Made by a program: the position numbers and the translations under genes. A DNA stretch of 58,291 nucleotides, filler included, from Streblomastix strix (Eukaryota), in the NCBI GenBank assembly GCA_008636045.1. It is 3 parts of 3 records of this genome, joined end to end, with 100 filler letters (N's around TTAATTAATTAA, not from the genome) between each part and the next. Parts side by side here need not be neighbours in the genome. Positions count along the whole stretch, not along the records: positions 38,930 to 58,291 come from SNRW01000521.1; 2 more parts are not named here. One strand, given 5' to 3'. The notes beneath the pieces were generated by a model. The model did not search any database. It saw only the letters and a program-made list of their open reading frames with translations, and was not told the DNA's origin. Below, in pieces: positions 48,980-58,291 of the stretch. Position 1 is the first letter of the stretch. The number at the start of each line of letters is the position of its first letter.

Positions 48980-51900
48980 ATGTTATTAACTAAAAAGGAG
49001 CTGCTAAATTTATTGCGAATTATATCACCACAAGTATAAGAAAAAAAGACCTGTAAATAGTTAAAACAACAGTTAAAGCTTGTACTTGATAAAAATGACT
49101 TTCCTGCAAAAGGATCACGAAATTACTATAATGTTCTCCGATAATTTATGATTGATTTAGACGCAAGATTAGATAACTAATTCTATGTACGATAACCCCC
49201 AATTCATCAAGAGAACTTTAATGAAATACAATAATAATTAGAGTAACAATTTCAATATATATTTTTGCCGCAACTACATGAAATTAAACAACAAATAGAG
49301 TCAACTAAAGAGCGTAAGCTTATAAAAATATTAAACGAAGGAGTATTATTATTAGTATAACCTCATGATCTAGATGTTTTCACTAGAATTCTCCTTGACG
49401 CCAAATCTAATTTCTAAGATCAAAATCATATATAACGCAATCCAATAACCACAGTTCAATATAACAATAATATAACAAGCGTATTATACATCTATAATTT
49501 CATTGATCAAATTCACATTAACATGAGTCATAGCATCTATAAATTAGCAATAGATTTTGGCTTTATATACGAGCGAACAGATAGAGATAAGAATAATGAT
49601 ATAAAAATAACATATGGCTATATTATCCCACGTGAATCAATGACAGAAAGAAGAGCCCCATTATTAATAAAATCTCAGTAAGAAATCGAGCTACACAAGG
49701 ATTATATTTAATCAATTATAATATCTGTTTAGGAAAAGATCCTAATCGATACAAAATAGAAATATATAGCAATATATTCTATCTGCGCAATGATATATCT
49801 CCTTCCAATCAGTGGAATGCCTATTCCAAGTTTAAAAATACATTTATCAAAAAAACGCTAATGTCTCAGGTATATCAATTCACCCTATCCCAGCACTTGC
49901 GTACTAGAAGCAATAGCACGTCATTTGCTAAAAGATACTAAGGAGAAAAGATATAGTGACAGTCAAGTTCTTCATAAAATGGAAAGAAATTCGCAACTTA
50001 TTTTACCATGATTTCAACCCCAAGACATTCGAGGGATTCAATTACGCAACAGATATATAGAAAATTCATGATCATTTAAAATTATCAGATAATCTATTTT
50101 CATATGAATAGGATGATAAGTCTTTTCATTATTTCTTATCCTAATCTTTTCCTACTGAAGGAGATGATGAGCTTAATTTGCTACTTATCTAATTTGAGGA
50201 ACTTAATGGTATAAATATTCATACACTACTAGTAACCGATAAATAACGCTTGACTGGATTATTGTTCTGCCCTATTTGCAAGAATCATTGCTTTAAGTAA
50301 GATACTATTACGGCTAAAGAAATGGAGAGACATATTAAGAAATGTAAGGGGAAAATAGTTAAATAAATTGTACTTGATGATTAGCAAAGACCATTTGTTT
50401 CCAACATTATGTAAAATAAGACTTATCGGTATTTACTTACTAATAGCAGATAAAACGAATTTAAACCAACGTAATATTTTATTACTTATGATTTTGAAAC
50501 TTATGAGCACAATGTTAACACAAAATTTGGGAAAGAAATTAAGATAATAAGCTAATTCATACCATTAAGTGTAGCATCAACCATCCATTCATCCAAAGGG
50601 AATAAATCTATTTATTATGATATTAGACAACAAAACATTGTAAATGAATGGTTAAAGTAACTATTTGCAGAAGCTGTATAAATAAAAAAAGATAATAATT
50701 ATACCGATGAAAATATGCCTTATTCAATTGAAGTTCCTGTTCTGGGATATAACTCTGCTAAATTTGATTTGACGTTATTGTTTCCATATATGTAATCGAG
50801 CTAATGGAAAATAACTAAATATATAGGGTCGCCTCAAGTTTGTAAGTAGCTAATTGTAGCTCATAATAATATGAGTATAACGCTCAAATTTCTAGACGCT
50901 TTCATATATGTTGCTCCTCCAATGACGCTGGGTTAATTCGTAGAGAATTTTTCGGATTAATAATAATCAAAGGGCTTATTCCCATACGATCTAATGGGAG
51001 ATGATTATGAAGAGTAATTAACTAAAAAAGAGCCTTTTAAACAATCAGATTTCAATAACACATTAAAAAATACTAGTATATCTGATGAAGAATACTTATT
51101 ATATCTTAATGATTATAAAACTATTCATCAAGATGGGATTATCTAAGACATTATAATATACTAGATACCAGAATTATGATCGCACCGCTATTAAATTTTA
51201 TTAACCTATTCTTCGAATATAAGTTTGATATGTTGTAACATATATCAATGGCTAGTTGCGCTAACGCTATAAAATATTCAATAGCTTATAATGATTTTAG
51301 TATAGATGGTAATTATAACTACCCAACATTTAATCCACCATTTTATCTTACACCATAATACTGAAACATTAAAGTGTTGGGCTATAAATAACAAGATTTT
51401 ACGGCAAAAAGAGATGTTGCTAATAATGTAAGTGTTGATGATTATTAATATTTTCGATAGCTAATGAGAAGCCTTGTTTTATTTGCCATGAACAATTTAC
51501 GTTTAAAAATAGACCTACATTAGAGCGTATTGATAATTCATTACCTCATACTAAGGATAATGTTAGACAGTGTTGTTTCTACTGTAACTCTACGAAAAGA
51601 AATAGAAATGAGCAAGAGATGAAATTACTTATCCAATTAAAGAAATTCTGTAGCAAGTATAATTTACCTACAACAATTAACAACTAGCAAGTGTATTAAA
51701 CGCTAAGATAGGGAATTACTGGAGATCTATCAAATGTATTGAATCAGGTAAATATTCGTGGTTAAACTAAAATTTAAAAATTGATTTATGATGGAAAAGT
51801 GAAAGTAATCGAGACAGATAATGTGGTCACTAATATAATAGGGCTTGATTTTAATTCATTATACCCGAATATAATGAGCAGCTAATATAATAGCTAAATT

Positions 51901-53222
51901 CCATATATAGGAGGGAAAATGTATTTGGCTGATACAGTAAAAGAAGTAATTAACGTTGAAAATGATATATAAAAAGAGAGGTGTATGAATATTTTTAATT
52001 CGTCAATAAAATATACAATAGCAGGATAATTATTCATCGCAGCATTTAAGGGGCACATTGATGATATAAATTATTGTATTAATTTCCCGCCGATTCTTAG
52101 AAATTTAACGTATACAACCTGCGAACAAGTAATAGGAAAATATACCTATAATTTTATGAAGGATAATGGTATAAAAGTAGATAAAGAAGAACGAAAGCTA
52201 ACTCAGTTATTATCAACACACGATCAATCCATGTCATTCTCCAGTTATTATGGTTTTTAATTGACACGTGTCATTTTGTTGTAGATGAAATAAGTTAGTT
52301 CATTCTTTTTACTAAACACGATAGATTTAGCGGATTTGTCAACACTTTTATGAAAAGGAGAGTATAAGCTATTGATTAAGATAACAAAGGGTTATAGTAA
52401 TTCTGTAAGATAGTCATGAACGCTAGTTATGGATCTGAAGGTATGAATACCGAGAAATTTAGTAATGTAAAACTGAAAACAAAGGCTGATACTTTTATAT
52501 CTCATCTTACCGGCAATTTTATGAGTGAACGATAGTTAAACGATAACCTTTATGCCGTGTAGGTAAACACAGAGAAATGTATGTGTATGACTCCACTATA
52601 AGAAACTTATTTTACGCTAGATAACGCTAAGTATTGGTATCTTAATTTTATATATAACTTCTTGTATAAGTGTCTTGATAAAAATAGATTTCATTTTACT
52701 GAAGGTTATACGGACTGGATGTACTTTGCAGTAGCAGAGGATATTAATTAACCAATTAACCAAGAGTTTAATTATATCATTACTGATTAGTAATTTTATG
52801 ATGATAATTTTAAGTATTATTTTCCTACTACTTAAGATCTAAAAGAACAGAAGAAATTATTAGAGCTATCGATCGAAAAAGAAGGTGATATTATGATAGC
52901 TGTCTCGCCTAAGAATTATTATATTAACACTGTTGCTGATGAAATCATTAAATTGATAGGGGTTAATCAGAAGTAGAATATTATTACTAAGTAGAATATA
53001 ATTGATTGTATCGGTGGAAATGTAATGAAGTGTGTGAGTATGACACTCGGTTAAAAAGATGGGGTAATGTCAAAATTAGCTTAAACAAAAAATGCTCTCA
53101 CTGGCATACACACTAAAGGTATTTTTTTACCTAATAATTAATTTTCAGCACTATTTATTTATTAATTATCAGCGAGTGATTATGTAGATCTTTAACCAAC
53201 TATAAATGATCCCATTGAATGA
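48980..53222 (+). pseudogene. polB: Protein-primed family B DNA polymerase, disrupted
   Basis: FITYDFET, VLGYNSAKFD, GITG, GLDFNSLYPNIM, KIVMNASYG, EGYTDW (degenerate motif C), KNALTGIHTK. Several frameshifts; TGA at 51362. Confidence 0.93.
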
Positions 53223-53455
53223 AACTATGATTTACGAGCTTGAGTAATTAGGAATTAATTAGAATGAGTTGATTAAGAAGATATTCGACATAGCTATAAA
53301 ATATGCCAGTGAGAGTAAGATATGTAATTGAATTTCAGCTTGCTCTTCAAAAAAAGGCAGATAGTACCTCTGTTTATTTAATTCTCTGTTTGAAATAAGT
53401 CAAGGGCGTTATTTTTCCCTCTAACATTTTTTTCTATTTTTTATCGGTAATATAA

Positions 53456-53764
53456 ATGTCACATTGTCCATACAATGAATATTCGCTAAATTATAATGTA
53501 ATAGGAAATTTAAGTTATGATAAAGGAGATCCAATACGTTATTGTGGTAAATCATATCTAATACTAACGCCATAATAATATAAAGAGTTCATAAATATCT
53601 ACGATAATATTCTAGAAACAAGTGAAAAATAACGTAACGAGTTCAATGATAAGAGACTAAGGAGAATGATTTAAGAGAACAAATAATGTTTCAATGAATG
53701 TATATTTTAAATAGAAGAATCTAAATTTAATTAGTCACCTCTTCACAAATATTATGTAGAATGA
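53456..53764 (+). CDS. Viral hypothetical protein, 102 aa
   Basis: Open code-6 frame with TAAATG start context. Confidence 0.5.
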
Positions 53765-53942
53765 TGGATACTATTTTTGGTAGAATAAACTGATTCAGTA
53801 ATTTTAAAAGAGAGATGTAGATTGCCTTTTTTGAATTAGTGTATAAATTATCTACCCCGATAATTTTCGTGGTAGACTTTTTTATCAAAAATAGGTGTAA
53901 CTAACCCTGAGAATTGGCGATGGAAAAATTACAGCAATATCA

Positions 53943-55898
53943 TCACGCTGCAATCATACTACTACCAATCTCACCGATAACCTCCAAATTGAGCACTTAT
54001 GGTTCAGGGTTATCATCAAACATGATTCTAATGACTGCATCACACAGATAATGAAACATGAGAGTTTAGCCTACTTACCAACTCATGGGATAGCTTCTTG
54101 TGCCCATATACCCAGCTAATGTGTTTTAATTCTCAGGGTGAATAGTGTCATCATTAATTTTATGGATATCAACTAAACCAGTTATTATTTATATGTTTAA
54201 TATAGTTTATATATCTGTTCTCGCACCAATTCTAGTACTATTAAATCCTCTCATAAACGAATCATCAGTATCTAATTTTTATGCCAACATATATTTATTT
54301 GGATAGTATGTTTTGATCGCTTTAGAACCAACAAATAGTGTAGTACGATTGAATACATCATCTATGACATTTATATCTCCATCATTTTTGTCAAACCAAT
54401 ATTTCTTATCATTTATATTAACAATCGCGAAAGTGAGCGAATGCTATAGGTCACTTGATGCAGATATAATATCTTAATCAACGAAACACTAAAACATTGA
54501 GCCATTTGTAGCTTGAGTATATGCTTCGTAAGGGAAAGGAACAGCGTGTCGTTAATCAACTATTAAGTCTATGTTGTAGAATAACATAGGAAAGAACCAT
54601 GTGGGGTACTAGGGCATCGCAAACGTCATGAACATAGCTTTGATATTAGAAAACGACATTATACTTTATGTTTACCCACTGGATGGCTCAAAATTGTTCA
54701 TGGTGTAATTTGATGATTATGATTTAATAACTTAGGTAGGGAAATGTATTACTTTCTATGCCTTAATCATATCGATAATTGCCTGTACATTTTCCATGGT
54801 AAAGCAAAGGTTATGTATCGATAAATATTCAAAGTAAGCATTATCAAGTTATTATATACTATTTTTAGGGTCAGTGGAATCATCAGCCAAATCTCTGCAA
54901 TTAATCATTCGTACAGAGTATTATTTATATGGAATACCTTCATCATTTGTTAATAGGGAAATTAAATCTGGTTTCTCTGGAGGAATCATGGTATAGGCAA
55001 GGTGCTGGTCAAATATTGGATTTATTTTATTTAACCATACTATTTTTAAATCTTATTGGAAACCATTCATCCAAAGTTATAGAAAAAGACTGGCATAATT
55101 TCTAGTGAGTACAGGAAATTCGTTAAATATTGGGTTTTGTTAATTTAAATCCATTACTCCACTAAAAGTGATGGGGTTAAGCATTTTATAAAAGTAATCA
55201 TTAGTACTGGTATTAAGTTTACTATATGGTATATCAGTAAATATTCCACAATGACGTTTTCCCTAAGTTACACTTTCAAGTAGTGAGACAGTAACGGAAT
55301 TATTAACAGTGAGATCAGATTAAGAATTAGAACAACTAATAGCTTGTTCTCAAGCGTAAATAGATGTCTCTCATAATTTTGTATTTTATTTGCATATATT
55401 AACTTATTAGAAAGGTCCACAAGCTGTTGCGAAACCGAGCCAAAATTTAAGTGTTTCATCAGTGCTATATTTTTATACATCTTATTTAATAGTTCTTTCT
55501 GCATGCAGTGGTGCAGCTGCTGTCTTTAGCCCAATAAAATTAGTTAATTACCGAGCAAATTCAATATAAGTATTTCCTCCTTTAGTTGTGTTGACAGAAT
55601 TAAGCTGGATACCCAAAGTGTTAGCGGGTATAGTAATTGTCCAGTTAACCTAACATGTTTAAACACAATAACAGGTGGTTGATCCACGAGCATCAAGTGG
55701 AGCTCGAGTTTATCTTTTACCACTAGAAAACAATATTTTTATAGGCTAGTCTTCGAATTGTTATTTTGATAGATGGAACGATTATGGTTCGATAGTTAAC
55801 GTTCGCATTATTTTATTAAGAACAGAATATGAAGAGACATAATCCGAATGTAATGCTTTCGATAGCCTTGCTAGATAATCTTGTGCCCCAAAACTCAT
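53943..55898 (-). pseudogene. Probable major capsid protein (mirror of 41323-43278)
   Basis: Reverse-complement copy. Confidence 0.6.
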
Positions 55899-55964
55899 TT
55901 TAATAATGAAGTAACTTTTTAAAAATCAGTTTTATATTTTTTTATTTTTTTATCTGGGGAATAA

Positions 55965-56549
55965 ATGGTAGAGTTAAATGTATGGTAATTATTGACCAAT
56001 AATAATAACTATGAAATATTAGCAGAAGAACCACATACGATAAAAAGAATTGCAGATTAATTTATTCCAAAAATATCATTTGATAATTCCACTGGATATT
56101 GTAATATTCTTCTGAATGGAAAAAAATATAAATATCATCGTGTGATTACTATTTAATTTATTCCGAACCTAAATAATTTTCCATATATTGATCACATTAA
56201 TCGTATTAGAACTGATAATAGAATAGAGAACCTCAGATAGTCCACAAATATTGAGAACTCAAAGAACAGAACTAAACATGGATAAATTTAATACGAATAT
56301 TATGAAGAATTACCTGAAGGTAGTTAACCTCTTTTATTATATAATGGGCATGATCTAGAAGGATATAGTTTCGATTAAGAATATAATGTATATTTTCATA
56401 ACGGGCTTAAATTTAGAAAGCTTCATGTTAATGTGAAAAATGACACTTACGCTTATCAATATGTTTGGGGTTATGATATTACATATAAATAATTTAGAAT
56501 ATATATAGATAAATTAAGGAATGGAAATTACGAATGGTTCGTTTTATGA
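55965..56549 (+). CDS. Free-standing HNH homing endonuclease, 194 aa
   Basis: GYCNILLNGKKYKYHRVITIQFIPNLNNFPYIDHINRIRTDNRIENLRQSTNIENSKN, an I-HmuI/HNH_3-like pattern. Confidence 0.85.
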
Positions 56550-56569
56550 AATTATTTTTAAACTAATAA

Positions 56570-56773
56570 AAGCGATTTTGGACTTCATTAAAGAACTTCG
56601 GTTCAGAATTATTACATGGTGCTTCATCTGCAGCAAAATGGGTTGCACCAGTTCTTCATAAAGTTATGGGAGCTGTCTCAGGTCCAATAGGTGCAATAAA
56701 TCCAATAGCAGGTATGATTGCGAGAGGAGTTTGAGGTGCTGCAGGTATGGAGAATAAGTTTTTAAATCGATGA
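56570..56773 (+). pseudogene. pVI-like amphipathic peptide, homologue of 14278-14484
   Basis: (K)(R)FWTSLKNFGSELLHGASSAAKWVAPVLHKVMGAVSGPIGAINPIAGMIARGV*GAAGMENKFLNR*; WVAPxLHKV is shared with element 1. Confidence 0.65.
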
Positions 56774-57269
56774 CATATAATAAATGATTGGTACCAGCTC
56801 ATTTTGAGCTAGCCTAATTTTAAAACAGAGGTGCAATTTGCCTTTTTTATATTTCTGATTTAATGTGTAAATTAATGTTTCCTTTTTCTATCCATCAACT
56901 AATTACATGAAATTTGAGACATTATTTTTGCTCATAAATGATTAGCACGAAGAATTTTGGCTCTACAATATTAAGTGGTGTTAAATATGCAACAGGTTAC
57001 GTGCCAAATTTACTTAATAAATTTCTGTCTTCAACATAAATTAGAAGTGATGCCGTTATTATAAAACCGACACATATATAACCAAAACCAATAGATTATA
57101 TACATCATTCTAAAAATATGATACAGTTAATATACGAATTAGTGTGTAAATATTTTCTTGGGGAATTAGCGTACTCAGTAGATTTCACCCGAACGCATTT
57201 TTAAAACAGAGGTTCAATTAACCTTTTTGAATTAGCGAATAAAATTAGTTAGAATTTTTTACTATTTAA

Positions 57270-57713
57270 ATGGAATCACTAATAATATAACTGAAGTAAT
57301 TAATTAAACAAATATCTAAAAACAATATACAGGAAGATATGATATAATAAATATAACAATAACTGAAGAGGTTATTATAACCTGCAACTCCGTAATTAAT
57401 TAACCCGTTAATGTAAGAGCTAAAAAGGCTAAAATAACAATTCGATATATAATAATTTAAATTGAAATTTTTTAACAAGTAAGCAGAGTAAGAGCAATAC
57501 TTTAATAAAATTTATACTTAAAATAATAATACACATACTGATTAATATAACCAGTATAAATAGCTAAATATTGCTTAAGCTCAGTAAATTAACAAACTGA
57601 AATAGTATATTTTAACTGAGGCATAGGATGAAGAAAAATAGATTTATAATACATTTGTTGCTGAGGATGATAACAAACTATTCTGTAATTATTATACATT
57701 TAAATAAATTTGA
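57270..57713 (+). CDS. Conserved viral hypothetical protein, 147 aa
   Basis: Open code-6 frame; homologous to 11222-11674. Confidence 0.55.
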
Positions 57714-58291
57714 AGTGGTTATTTTTATCTAGACAGTTTTGTCTGATAGTCATTTTTCGCTATTTTATCACGTATACCCGCTACGATCGCAGCACTCTAT
57801 TTTTAACATGAAAATTCAAGGGTCAAAAATAACGAAGTCAATATACCCGCACAAATTTGGGTGGGTTAATTATAATCAATATACATCATAATAGTTATAT
57901 AATTATTAAGGTTTTTACTACTCTTCTTCTTCATATTCTTCTTGCTCTTATTTTATTTATTTAGGTTGTTATTTAGGCTTAGGTTATTTTAACGCTTTCA
58001 ATTTATTTTTATATTTTTCATTTTATTAAACCATATCAGCGTGTTGTTATTTTATATATTTATTTTCAGTTAACAAAGATATTAGCTCTTCTAAATCAAG
58101 TTGCTGATTAATGTGTTTGATTTACGGTTTGTTTTATACTTTTCTTTTAACTCACTATACTGGCTTAGGTTACACTTCTTCATTAGCACCAACAGAATTA
58201 TAACTTTACCTTTCATCAGAGTCAGATTCAAACATTTTAGCTTACTATTTCTTGTGTCCAAATTATTAGTCTGTTTTTCCCCTAGACTACA

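Larger units (their letters stand above)
48745..58291 (+). mobile_element. Polinton-like virus element 2 (partial), right arm of the contig-wide inverted repeat
   Basis: Reverse complement of 38930-48476; the contig ends are exactly symmetric. Confidence 0.9.

Noticed and set aside
361..51364. TGA read as Trp (a stop-less code) in the viral genes
   Set aside because: TGG is used at most Trp sites and TGA ends the ORFs. Trp sites also decay to TAG/TAA, some TGAs replace Cys, Arg or Gly codons, and frameshifts co-occur, so decay is the simpler explanation.
639..57478. ORFs of the supplied six-frame track taken as real genes
   Set aside because: They were computed with TAA/TAG as stops. Most are antisense or off-frame shadows (e.g. 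28690-29172 is the reverse of a coiled-coil repeat), and a few are in-frame fragments of larger code-6 genes (8090, 13144, 15945, 17540).
38930..58291. Intact linear virus genome with 9.5-kb TIRs or a hairpin replicon
   Set aside because: Both arms share the same inactivating mutations, no integrase or ATPase was seen, the outer ends cut through an ORF at the same base, and protein-primed replicons do not need hairpins.
1..58291. tRNA or rRNA genes
   Set aside because: No cloverleaf or rRNA-like conserved segment was recognised by eye; tRNAscan-SE or Infernal would be needed to exclude them.

Overview
AT-rich eukaryotic DNA read in the TAA/TAG=Gln, TGA=stop code, which makes the supplied standard-code ORF track mostly fragments or antisense shadows. 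The short spliceosomal introns and gene content fit an oxymonad such as Streblomastix; this is inference, and a ciliate is not excluded. The window is three unrelated ~19.36-kb contigs joined by artificial N/TTAATTAATTAA/N spacers. Contig 1 (1-19365) is almost entirely one ~18.5-kb decaying endogenous Maverick/Polinton-like virus. It has short imperfect TIRs, an rve integrase, a penton-like gene, a protein-primed PolB with an HNH/zinc module inserted between Exo and Pol, an A32-type packaging ATPase, a probable major capsid protein, two fibre-like genes (one split by a MITE) and a small amphipathic peptide gene resembling adenovirus protein VI. No adenain-type protease was recognised. Contig 2 (19466-38829) is host DNA: two CK1/TTBK-like pseudokinases, a Ser/Thr kinase whose zinc-finger/coiled-coil extension lies behind a single TGA, a ubiquitin-like-domain gene and a Tc1/mariner-type non-autonomous element. 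Contig 3 (38930-58291) is a 9.5-kb-arm palindrome of a second, related virus (PolB, capsid candidate, free-standing HNH endonuclease, pVI-like peptides, a repeated 30-nt intergenic motif) around a 268-bp spacer. All translations and alignments were done by eye; no database searches were run.
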